Source of the DNA: the human T2T-CHM13v2.0 reference genome, Homo sapiens
Strand: one strand, 5' to 3'
Assembly (NCBI RefSeq): GCF_009914755.1
Contig: NC_060933.1
Length of the DNA stretch: 64,000 nt
The notes under the pieces are model-generated. The model did not search any database. It worked only from the letters and a program-made list of their open reading frames with translations, and was not told the origin of the DNA. Positions 28,801-42,600 of this stretch are shown piece by piece. Position 1 is the stretch's first letter, and each line of letters starts with the position of its first letter. Position numbers and translations under genes: made by a program.

Positions 28801-31800
28801 GCACAATGGAATGGAGTGAAATGGAATGGAATGGAATGGAAACAACCAGAATGGATTGGAATATAATGGAGTGTAAGGGAATTGAATAGAATCAATCTGA
28901 ATGTAAAGAAATGGAATGGAACGGAATGGAATGGAATGGAATGGAATGGAATGCAATGGAATGGAATCAACCCGAGTGCAATCGAATGGAATCGAATGGA
29001 ATGGAATGCAATGGAATGGATTCAACTTGAATGGAATGGAAAGAATGGAATCAAAACGAGTGGAATGGCATGGATTGGAATGGAATGGAATGGAATCAAC
29101 CCGAGTACAGGGGAATGGAATGGAATGGAATGCAATGGAATGGAATCAGCCGTAATGGAATGGAAAGGAATGGAATGGAATGGAATGGAATGGATTCAAC
29201 TCGAATGGAATCAACTCGATTGCAATGGAATGGAATGGAATGGAAAGGAATAGAATGGAATCAACCCGAGTGGAATGGAATGGAAAGGACTGGAATGGAG
29301 TGGAATGGAATGGAATGGAATTAACCCGAATAGAATGGAATGGAATGGAATGGAATGGAATGGAACGGAATGGAATGGAATGGAATCAACCCGAGTGCAG
29401 GGGAATGGAATGAAATGGAATGCAATGGAATGGAATCATCCGAAATGGAATGGAATGGAATGGAAAGGAATGGAATGCAATGCAATGGAATGGAATGGAA
29501 TGGAATTGAATGGAATGGAATGGAATCAACTCGATTGTAATGGAATGGAATGGAATGGAATGGAATGGAGTGGAATCGAATTAACCCGAATACAATGGAA
29601 TGGAATGGAATGGAATGGAATGGAATGGAATGGAATGGAATCAACCCGAGTGCAGGGGAATAGAATGGAATGGAATGCAATGGAATGGAATCATGCGGAA
29701 TGGAATGGAATGGAATGGAATGGAATGCAAAGCAATGGAATCAACTCGATTGCAATGGAATGGAATGGGATGGAAAGGAATAGAATGGAATCAACCCGAG
29801 AGGAATGGAATGGAAAGGAATGGAATGGAGTGGAATGGAATGGAATGGAATGGAATGGAATGGAATCAACTCGATTGTATTGGAAAGGAAAGGAATGGAA
29901 TGGAATGAAATGGAATGGATTTAACCAGAATAGAATGGAATGGAATGGAATGGAACGGAATGGAATGGAATGGAATGGAATGGAATGGAATGGAATGGAA
30001 TCAACCCGACTGAAGGGGAATGGAATGGAATGGAATGCAATGGAATGGAATCATCCGGAACGGAATGGAATGGAATGGAATGGAAAGGAATGGAATGGAA
30101 TGCAATGGATTCAACTCGATTGCAATGGAATGGAATAGAATGGAATGGAATGGAATGGAATGGAATGGAATGGAATTAACCTGAATGGAATGGAATGGAA
30201 TGGAATGGAAAGGAATGGAAGGGAATGGAATGGAATAGAATGGAATGGAATGGTATGGAATGGAATGGAATGGAATGGTAAGGAATAGAATGGAATGGAA
30301 CGAATTGGAATGGAATGGAATCGAATGGAATGGAATGCAATGGAATGAAATCATCCGGAATGGAATGGAATGGAATGGAATGGAATGGAATGGAATCAAC
30401 TCGAGTGCAATGGAATGGAGTGGAATGGAATGGAATGGAATGGAACAACCCGAATGGAATGGAATGTAATGGAGAGTAAGGGAGTTGAATAGAATCAATC
30501 CGAATGCAATGGAATGGAATGGAACGGAATGGAATGGAATGGAATGGAATGGAATGGAATGGAATGGAATGGAATGGAATGCAAAGGAATGGAATCAACC
30601 CGAGTGGAATGGCATGGAATGGAATCAACCCGAGTGCAGGGGAATGGAATGGAATGGAATGCAATGGAATGGAATCATCCGGAACGGAATGGAATGGAAT
30701 GGAATGGAATCAACTCGATTGCAATGGAATGGAAAGGAATGGAATGGAATGGAATGGAATGGAATGGAATGGAATGGAATTAAACCGAAAAGAATGGAAT
30801 GGAATAGAATGGAATGGAATGGAATGGAATGGAATGGAATCAACTCGATTTCAATGGAATGGAATGGAATACAATGGAATGGAATTAAGACGAATAGAAT
30901 GGAATGGAATGGAATGGAATGGAAGAGAAAGGAATGGAATGGAATGGAATGGAATCAACCCAAGTGCAGGGGAATGGAATGGAATGGAATTCAATGGAAT
31001 GGAATCATCCGGAATGAAATGGAATGGAATGTAATGTAATGTAATGTAATGGAATGGAATGGAATCAACCCGAGTGCAATGGAATGGAGAGGAATGGAAT
31101 GGAATGGAATGGAAACTACCCGAATGGAATGGAATGTAATGGAGTGTAAGGGAATTGAATATAATCAATCCGAATGTAATGGAATGGAATGGAACGGAAT
31201 GGAATGGAATGTAATGGAATGCAATGGAATGGAATGCAATGGAATGGAATTAACCCGAGTGCAATCGAATGGAATCGAATGGAATGGAATGAAATGGAAT
31301 GGATTCAACTTGAATGGAATGCAAAGAATGGAATCAACACGAGTGGAATGGTATGGATTTGAATGGAATGGAATGGAATCAACCCGAGTACAGGGGAATG
31401 GAATGGAATAGAATGCAATGGAATGGAATCATCCGTAATGTAATGGAAAGGAATGGAATGGAATGGAATGGAATGGAATGGAATCAACTCGATTACAATC
31501 GAATAGAATGGAATGGAATTAACCCGAATAGTATGGAATGGAATGGAATGGAACGGAACGGAACGGAACGGAACGGAATGGAATGGAATGGAATGGAATG
31601 GAATGGAATGGAATCAACGCGAGTGCAGGGGAATGGAATGGAATGGAATGCAATGGAATGGAATCTTCCGGAATGGAATGGAATGGAATGGAAAGGAATG
31701 GAATGGAATGCAATGGATTCAACTCGATTGCAATGGAATGGAATAGAATGGAATGGAATGGAATGGAATGGAATTAACCCGAATGGAACGGAATGGAATG

Positions 31801-32119
31801 GAATGGAAAGGAATGGAAAGGAATGGAATGGAATGGAATGGAATGGAATGGAATGGTATGGAATGGAATGGAAAGGAATGGTACGGGATAGAATGGAATG
31901 GAACGAATTGGAATGGAATGGAATCGAATGGAATGGAATGCAATCGAATGGAATCATCCGGAATGGAATGGAATGGAATGGAATGGAATGGAATGGAATG
32001 GAACAACCCGAATGGAATGGAATGTAATGGAGAGTAAGGGAGTTGAATAGAATCAATCCGAATGTAATGGAATGGAATGGAATGGAATGCAATGGAATGG
32101 AATCATCCCGAGTACAAAG

Positions 32120-35100
32120 AATGGAATGGAATGGAAAGGACTGGAATGGAATGGAATGGAATGGAATCAACTCGATTGCAATGGAATGGAATGGAATGGA
32201 AAGGAATAGAATGGAATCAACCTGAGTGGAATGGAATGGAAAGGACTGGAATGGAGTGGAATGGAATGGAATAGAATGGAATGGAATGGAATCAACTCGA
32301 TTGGAATGGAATGGAATGGAATGGAATGGAATTAACCCTAATAGAATGGAATGGAATGGAATGGAAAGGAATTGAATGGAATGGAATGGAATGGAATGGA
32401 ATCAACGCGAGTGCAGTGGAATGGAATGGAAAGGAATGCAATGGAATGGAATCTTACGGAATGAAATGGAATGGAATGGAATGGAATGCAATAGATTCAA
32501 CTCGATTACAATGGAATGTAATAGAATGGAATGGAATGGAATGGAATGGAATTAACCCGAATAGAATGGAATGGAATGGAATGGAACAGAACGGAACGGA
32601 ACGGAACGGAATGGAATGCAATGGAATGGAATGGAATAGTATGGAATGGAATGGAATGGTACGGAATAGAATTGAATGGAAAGAATTGGAATGGAATGGA
32701 ATTGAATGGAATGGAATGGAATGGAATGGAATCAACCCGAGTGCAGGGGAATGTAATGGAAGGGAATGCAATGGAATGGAATCATCTGCAATGGAATGGA
32801 ATGGAATGGAATGGAATGGAATCAACCCGAGTGCAATGGAATGGAGTGGAATGGAATGGAATGGAATGGAACAACCGGAATGGAATGGAATGTAATGGAG
32901 GGTAAGGGAGTTGAATAGAAACAATCCGAATGTAATGTAATGGAATGGAACGGAATGGAATGCAATGGAATGGAATGGAATGGAATGGAATGCAATGGAA
33001 TGCAAAGGAATGGAATCAACCCGACTGAAATCGAATTGAATCGAATGGAATGGAATGCAATGGAATGGATTCAACATGAATGGAATGGAAAGAATGGAAT
33101 CAACAGGAGTGGAATGGCATGGATTGGAATGGAATGGAATGGAATCAACCCGAGTACAGGGGAATGGAATGGAATGGAATGCAATGGAATGGAATCATCT
33201 GTAATGGAATGGAATGGAATGGAATGGAATGGAATGGAACGGAATCAACTCGATTGCAATCGAATGGAATGGAATGGAATTAACCCGAATAGAATGGAAT
33301 GGAATGGAACGGAACGGAACGGAACGGAATGGAATGGAATGGAATGGAATGCAATGGAATGGGATCAACGCGAGTGCAGTGGAATGGAATGGAATGGAAT
33401 GCAATGTAATGGAATCTTCCGGAATGGAATGGAATGGAATAGAAAGGAATGGAATGCAATGCAATGGATTCAAATCGATTGCAATGGAATGGAATAGAAT
33501 GGAATGGAATGGAATGGAATGGAATTAACCCAAATAGAATGGAATGGAATGGAATGGAAAGGAATGGAATGGAATGGAATGGAATGGAATGGAATGGAAT
33601 GGAATGGAATGGTATGGAATGGAATGGAATGGAATGGTATGGAATAGAATGGAATGGAAAGAATTGGAATGGAATGGAATCAAATGGAATGGAATGCAAT
33701 GGAATAGAATCAACGCGAGTGCAGGGGAATGAAATGGAATGGAATGCAATGGAATGGAATCATCCGAAATGGAATCGAATGGAATGGAATGGAATGGAAT
33801 CAACCCGAGTGCAATGGAATGGAGTGGAATGGAATGGAATGGAATGGAACAACCCGAATGGAATGGAATGCAATGGAGAGTAAGGGAGTTGAATAGAATC
33901 AATCCGAATATAATGGAATGGAATGGAATGGAATGGAATGGAATGGAAAGGAACTGAATAGAATGGAATGACTTCAAACCGAATGGAATGGAAAGGAATG
34001 GAATCAACACCAGTGGAATGGAATGGAATAGAATGGAATGGAATGGTACGGAATACAATGGAATGGAACGAAATGGAATGGAATGGAATGGAATGGAATG
34101 GAATGGAATGGAATGGAATGGAATCGTTCCGAGTGGAATAGGAGGGAATGTATTCGAGTGGAATGGAAAGGAATGGAATCAACCAGAGTGGAATGGAAGG
34201 GAATGGAATGGAATGGAAACTAATAGAGTGGAATCAACCCGAGTGGAATGGAATGGAAAGGACTGAATGGAATGGAATGGAATGGAATGGAATGGAATCA
34301 ACTCGATTGTAATGGAATGGAATGGAATGCAATGGAAAGGAATTGAATGGAATGGAATGACTTCAAACCGAATGGAATGGAAAGGAATGGAATCAACACG
34401 AGTGGAATGGAATGGAATGGAATGGAATGGAATGGAATGGAATGGAATGGAATCGTACGGAATAGAATGGAATGGAAAGAAATGCAATGGAATGGAATGG
34501 AATGGAATGGAATGGAATGGAATGGAAAGGAATGGAATCGTTCCGAGTGGAATAGGAGGGAATGTATTCGAGTGGAATGGAAAGGAATGGAATCAACCAG
34601 CGTGGAATGGAAGGGAATGGAATGGAATGGAAACTAATAGAATGGAATCAACCCGAGTGGAATGGAATGGAAAGGACTGAATGGAATGGAATGGAATGGA
34701 ATGGAATCAACTCGATTGTAAAGGAATGGAATGGAATGGAATGGAATGGAATGGAATTAACCCGAATACAATGGAATGGGATGGAATGGAACGGAATGGA
34801 GTGGAATGGAATGGAATCAACCCGAGAGCAGGGGAATGGAAAGGAGTGGAATGCAATGGAAAGGAATCATTCGGAATGGAATGGAAAGGAATAGAATGGA
34901 ATCAACCCGAGTGGAATGGAATGGAAAGGACTGGAATGGAGTGGAATGAAATGGAATGGAATGGAATGGAATCAACTCAATTGGAATGGAATGGAATGGA
35001 ATGGAATGGAATGGAATGGAATGGAATCAACTCGATTGCAATGGAATGGAATGGAATGGAATGGAATGGAATTAACCCGAATAGAATGGAATGGAATGGA

Positions 35101-38100
35101 ATGGAATGGAAAGGAATGGAAGGGAATGGAATGGAATGTAATCAACCCGAGTGCAGGGGAATGGAATGGAATGGAATGCAATGGAATGGAATCATCCGGA
35201 ATGGAATGGAATGGAATGGAATGCAATCAACCCAATGCAATGGAATGGAGTGGAATGGAATGGAATGGAATGGAATGGAATCAACTCGATTGCAATAGAA
35301 TGGAATGGAATGGAATGGAATCAACTCGATTGCAATCGAAAGGAATGGAATGGAATTAACCCGAATAGAATGGAATGGAATGGAATGGAACGGAACGGAA
35401 CGGAATGGAATGGAATGGAAAGGAATGGAATGGAATGGAATGGAACGGAAAGGCATGGAATGGAATGGAATGGAATGGAATGGAATGGAATTAACGCGAG
35501 TGCAGGGGAATGGAATGGAATGGAATGCAATGGAATGGAATCTTCCGGAATGGAATGCAATGGAATGGAACAACCCGAATGGAATGGAATGTAATGGAGA
35601 GTAAGGGAGTTGAATAGAATCAATCCGAATGTAATGGAATGGAATGGAACGGAATGGAATGGAATGGAATGGAATGGAATGGAATGGAATGGAATGGAAT
35701 GGATTCAACTTGAATGGAATGTAAAGAATGGAATCAACACGAGTGGAATGGCATGGATTGCAATGGAATGGAAAGGAATCAACCCAAGTACAGGGGAATG
35801 GAATGGAATGGAATGGAATACAATGGAATGGAATCATCCGTAATGGAATGGAAAGGAATGGAATGGAATGGAATGGAATGGAATGGAATGGAATCAACTC
35901 GATTGCAATCGAATGGAATGGAATGGAATTAACCCGAATAGAATGCAATGGAATGGAGTGGAACGGAACGGAACGGAACGGAATGGAATGGAATGGAATG
36001 GAACGGAACGGATCGGAACGGAATGCAATGGAATGGAATGGAATGGAATGGAATGGAATGAAATGGAATCAACGCGAGTTCAGGGTAATGGAATGGAATG
36101 GAATGCAATGGAATGGAATCTTCCGGAATGGAATGGAATGGAATGCAATGGATTCAACTCGATTGCAATGGAATGGAATAGAATGGAATGGAATGGAATG
36201 GAATGGAATGGAATTAACCCGAATAGAATGGAATGGAATGGAATGGAACGGAACGGAACGGAACGGAACGGAATGGAATGGAATGGAATGGAATGGAACG
36301 GAATTGTATGGAATGGAATGGAATGGTACGGAATAGAATGGAATGGAAAGAATTAGAATGGAATGGAATCGAATGGAATGGAATGGAATGAAATGGAATC
36401 AACCTGAGTACAGGGGAATGTAATGGAACGGAATGCAATGGAATGGAATCATCCGGAATGGAATGGAATGGAATGGAATGGAACGGAACGGATCGGAACG
36501 GAATGGAATGGAATGGAATGGAATGGAATCAACGCGAGTGCAGGGTAATGGAATGGAATGGAATGCAATGGAATGGAATCTTCCGGAATGGAATGGAATG
36601 GAATGGAATGGAATGCAATGGATTCAACTCGATTGCAATGGAATGGAATAGAATGGAATGGAATGGAATGGAATGGAATGGAATTAACCCGAATAGAATG
36701 GAATAGAATGGAATGGAACGGAACGGAACGGAATGGAATGGAATGGAATGGAATGGAATGGAATGGAATTGTATGGAATGGAATGGAATGGTACCGAATA
36801 GAATGGAATGGAAAGAATTAGAATGGAATGGAATGGAATGGAATGGAATGGAATGGAATGGAATCAACCTGAGTACAGGGGAATGTAATGGAACGGAATG
36901 CAATGGAATGGAATCATCCGGAATGGAATGGAATTGAATGGAATGGAATGGAATGGAATGGAATGGAATCAACCAGAGTGCAATGGAATGGAGTGGAATG
37001 GAATGGAATGGAATGGAACAACCCGAATGGAATGGAATGTAATGGAGAGTAAGGGAGTTGAATAGAATCAATCCGAATGTAATGGAATGGAATGGAACGG
37101 AATGGAATGGAATGGAATGGAATGCAATGGAATGGAATCAACCCGAGTACAATGGAATGGAATGGAATGGAATGGAATGGAATGGAATGGAATGGAATGG
37201 AATCAACCCGAGTGCGATGGAATGGAGAGGAATGGAATGGAATGGAATGGAAACTACCCGAATGCAATGGAATGTAATGGAGTGTAAGGGAATTGAATAG
37301 AATCAATCCGAATGGAATGGAATGGAATGGAACGGAATGGAATGGAATGGAATGGAATGGAATGGAATGGAATCAACCCGAGTGCAGGGGAATGGAATGG
37401 AATGGAATGCAATGGAATGGAATCATCCGAAATGGAATGGAATGGAATGAAATGGAATGGAATGGAATGGAATGGTACGGAATAGAATGGAATGGAACGA
37501 AATGGAATTGAATGGAATGGAATGGAATGGAATGGAATGGAATGGAATGGAATGGAATCGTTCCGAGTGGAATAGGAGGGAATGTATTCGAGTGGAATGG
37601 AAAGGAATGGAATCAACCAGAGTGGAATGGAATGGAATGGAATGGAATGGAATGGAATGGAATGCAATGGAATGGAATCAACCCGAGTACAATGGAATGG
37701 AATGGAATGGAATGGAATGGAATGGAATGGAATGGAATGGAATGGAATGGAATCAACTCGATTGCAATCGAATGGAATGGAATGGAATTAACCCGAATAG
37801 AATGGAATGGAACGGAATGGAACGGAACGGAATGGAATGGAATGGAATGGAATGGAACGGAAAGGAATGGAATGGAATGGAATGGAATGGAATGGAATGG
37901 AATGGAATGGAATGGAATCAAAGCGAATGCAGGGGAATGGAATGGAATCAAATGGAATGGAATGGAATCAACCCGAGTGCCGGGGAATGTAATGGAACGG
38001 AATGCAAAGGAATGGAATCATCCGGAATGGAATGGAATGGAATGGAATGGAATGGAATGGAATGGAATGGAGTGGAATGGAATGGAATGGAATGGAACAA

Positions 38101-39600
38101 CCCGAATGGAATGGAATGTAATGGAGAGTAAGGGAGTTGAATAGAATCAATCCGAATATAATGGAATGGAATGGAAAGGAATGGAATGGAATGGAATGGA
38201 ATGGAATGGAATGGAATGGAATGGAATCAACCCGAGTACAATGGAATGGAATGGAATGGAATGGAATGGAATGGAATGGAATGGAAATGAAATGAATGGA
38301 ATCAAGCCAAGTGCAATGGAATGGAGAGGAATGGAATGGAATGGAATGGAATGAAATGGAAAGGAATTGAATGGAATGGAATGACTTCAAACAGAATGGA
38401 ATGGAAAGGAATGGAATCAACACGAGTGGAATGGAATGTAATGGAATGGAAGGGAATGGAAAGGTACGGAATAGAATGGAATAGAACGAAATGGAATGGA
38501 ATGGAATGGAATGGAATGGAATGGAATGGAATGGAGTGGAATGGAATCGTTCCGAGTGGAATAGGAGGGAATGGATTCGAGTGGAATGGAAAGGAATGGA
38601 ATCAACCCGAGTGGAATGGAATGGAAAGGAATGGAATGGAATGGAATGGAATGGAATGGAATGGAATCAACTCGATTGTAAAGGAATGGAATGGAATGGA
38701 ATGGAATGGAATGGAATGGAATGGAATGGAATCAACCCGAGTGCAGGGGAATGGAATGGAATGGAATGCAATGGAATGGAATCATCCGGAATGGAATGGA
38801 ATGGAATGGAATGCAAAGCAATGGAATCAACTCGATTGCAATGGAATGGAATGGAATGGAAAGGAATAGAATGGAATCAACCTGAGTGGAATGGAATGGA
38901 AAGGACTGGAATGGAGTGGAATGGAATGGAATGGAATGGAATGGAATCAACTCGATTTGATTGGAATGGAATGGAATGGAATGGAATGGAATGGAATGGA
39001 ATTAACCCGAATAGAATGGAATGGAATGGAATGGAACGGAATGGAATGGAATGGAATGGAATGGAATGGAATGGAATGGAATCAACCCGACTGAAGGGGA
39101 ATAGAGTGGAATGGAATGCAATGGAATGGAATCATCCGGAACGGAATGGAATGGAATGGAATGGAAACGAATGGAATGGAATGCAATGGATTCAACTCGA
39201 TTGCAATGGAATGGAATAGAATGGAATGGAATGGAATGGAATGGAATTAACCCGAATGGAATGGAATGGAATGGAATGGAAAGGAATGGAATGGAATGGA
39301 ATGGAATGGAATGGAATGGAATGGAATGGTATGGAATGGAATGGAATGGAATGGAATGGTAAGGAATTGAATGGAATGGAACGAATTGGAATGGAATGGA
39401 ATCGAATGGAATGGAATGCAATGGAATGGAATCATCCGGAATGGAATGGAATGGAATGGAATCAACCCGAGTGCAATGGAATGGAGTGGAATGGAATGGA
39501 ATGGAATGGAACAACCCGAATGGAATGGAATGTAATGGAGGGTAAGGGAGTTGAATAGAATCAATCCGAATGCAATGGAATGGAATGGAACGGAATGGAA
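32120..39600 (+). repeat. Copy 1 of a ~7.5-kb block duplicated at ~52800-60620
   Basis: Collinear near-identical ORF pairs: 32531/53219, 33080/53768, 34562/55330, 36214/57167, 37058/58026, 38691/59679 and 39111/60109 (offset 20.7-21.0 kb). Confidence 0.9.
36000..36960 (+). repeat. ~480-bp tandem duplication (also present at ~56950-57930)
   Basis: GAACGGAACGGATCGGAACG occurs at 36001 and 36481. CAGGGTAATG, AAGAATTAGAATG and CAACCTGAGTACAGGGG each occur twice in the same order. Confidence 0.85.
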
Positions 39601-42600
39601 TGGAATGGAATGGAATGGAATGCAATAGAATGGAATCAACCCGAGTACAATGGAATGGAATGGAATGGAATGGAATGGAATAGAATGGAATGGAATAGAA
39701 TGGAATGGAAAGGAATTGAATGGAATGGAATGACTTCAAACCGAATGGAATGGAAAGGAATGGAATCAACACGAGTGGAATGGAATGGAATGGAATGCAA
39801 TGGAATGCAATGGTACGGAATAGAGTGGAATGGAACGAAATTTAATGGAATGGAATGTAATGGAATGGAATGGAATGGAATGGAATGGAATGGAATGGAA
39901 TGGAATAGAATGGAATGGAATCGTTCCGAGTGGAATAGGAGGGAATGTATTCGAGTGGAATGGAAAGGAATGGAATCAACCAGAGTGGAATGGAAGGGAA
40001 TGGAATGGAATGGAAACTAATAGAATGGAATCAACCCGAGTGGAATGGAATGGAAAGGACTGGAATGGAATGGAATGGAATGGAATGGAATCAACTCGAT
40101 TGTAATGGAATGGAATGGAATGGAGTGGAATTAACCCGAATACAATGGAATGGAATGGAATGGAACGGAATGGAGTGGAAAGGAATGGAATCAACCCGAG
40201 TGCAGGGGAATGGAATGGAATGGAATGCAATGGAATGGAATCATCCGGAATGGAATGGAATGGAATGGAATGCACAGCAATGGAATCAACTCGATTGCAA
40301 TGGAATGGAATGGAATGGAAAGGAATAGAATGGAATCAACCCGAGTGGAATGGAATGGAAAGGACTGGAATGGAGTGGAATGGAATGGAATGCAATGGAA
40401 TGGAATCAACTCGATTGGATTGGAATGGAATGGAATGGAATGGAATGGAATGGAATGGAATGGAATTAACCCGATTAGAATGGAATGGAATGGAATGGAA
40501 CGGAACGGAACGGAACGGAACGGAACGGAATGGAATTGAATGGAATGGAATGGAATGGAATGGAATGGAATCAACCCGACTGCAGCGGAATGGAATGGAA
40601 TGGAATGCAATGGAATGGAATCATCCGGAACGGAATGGAATGGAATGGAATGGAATCAACTCGATTGCAATGGAATGGAACGGAATGGAATGGAATGGAA
40701 TGGAATGGAATGGAATGGAATGGAATTAACCCGTGTGCAATGGAATGGAATGGAATGGAATGGAATGGATTCAAATCGAATGGAATCAACTCGATTGCAA
40801 TGGAATGGAATGGAATGGAAAGCAATAGAATGGAATCAACCCGAGTGGAATGAAATGGAAAGGACTGGAATGGAGTGGAATGGAATGGAATGGAATTAAC
40901 CCGAATAGAATGGAATGGAATGGAATGGAACGGAATGTAATGGAATGGAATGGAATGGAATCAACCCGAGTGCAGGGGAATGGAATGGAATGGAATGCAA
41001 TGGAATGGAATCATCCGAAATGGAATGGAATGGAATGGAAAGGAATGGAATGCAATGCAATGGAATGGAATGGAATGGAATGGAATCAATTCGATTTCAA
41101 TGGAATGGAATGGAATAGAATGGAATGGAATGAACACGAATAGAAAGGAATGGAATGAAAGGGAATGGAACAGAACGCAATGGAATGGAATGGAATGGAA
41201 TCAACCCAAGTGCAGGGGAATGGAATGGAATGGAATTCAATGGAATGGAATCATTCGGAATGGAATGGAATGGAATGGCATGGAATGGAATGGAATGGAA
41301 TCAACTCGATTGCAATCGAATGGAATGGAATGGAATTAACCGGAATAGAATGGAATGGAATGGAATGGAACGGAACGGAAAGGAATGGAATGGAATGGAA
41401 TGGAATGGAATGGAATGGAACGGAACGGAACGGAATGGAATGGAATGGAATGGAATGGAATGGAATGGAATTAACCCGACTGCAGGGGAATGGAATCGAT
41501 TGGAATGCAGGGGAATGGAATGGAATGGAATGCAATGGAATGGAATCATCCGGAATGGAATGGAATGGAATGGAATGCAAAGCAATCGAATCAACTCGAT
41601 TGCAATGGAATGGAATGGAATGGAAAGGAATAGAATGGAATCAACCCGAGTGGAATGGAATGGAAAGGACTGGAATGGAGTGGAATGGAATGGAATAGAA
41701 TGGAATGGAATGGAATCAACTCGATTGGAATGGAATGGAATGGAATGGAATGGAATGGAATGGAATGGAATGGAATTAACCCTAATAGAATGGAATGGAA
41801 TTGAATGGAAAGGAATGGAATGGAATGGAATGGAATGGAATGGAATCAACGCGAATGCAGGGGAACGGAATGGAATGGAATGCAATGGAATGGAATCTTC
41901 CGGAATGGAATGGAATGGAATGGAATGGAATGCAATGGTTTCAACTCGATTGCAATGAAATGGAATAGAATGGAATGGAATGGAATGGAATGGAATTAAC
42001 ACGAATAGAATGGAATGCAATGGAATGGAACGGAACGGAACGGAACGGAACGGAATGGAATGGAATGGAATGGAATGGAATTGTATGGAATGGAATGGAA
42101 TGGTACGGAATAGAATTGAATGGAAAGAATTGGAATGGAATGGAATTGAATGGAATAGAATGGTATGGAATGGAATCAACCCGAGTGCAGGGGAATGTAA
42201 TGGAAGGGAATGCAATGGAATGGAATCATCTGGAATGGAATGGAATGGAATGGAATCAACCCGAGTGCAATGGAATGGAGTGGAATGGAATGGAATGGAA
42301 TGGAACAACCCGAATGGAATGGAATGTAATGGAGAGTAAGGGAGTTGAATAGAAACAATCCGAATATAATGGAATGGAATGGAATGGAATGGAATGCAAT
42401 GTAATGCAAAGGAATGGAATCAACCCGACTGAAATCGAATGGAATCGAATGGAATGGAATGCAATGGAATGGATTCAACATGAATGGAAAGGAAAGAATG
42501 GAATCAACAGGAGTGGAATGGCATGGATTGGAATGGAATGGAATGGAATCAACCCGAGTACAGGGGAATGGAATGGAATGGAATGCAATGGAATGGAAAC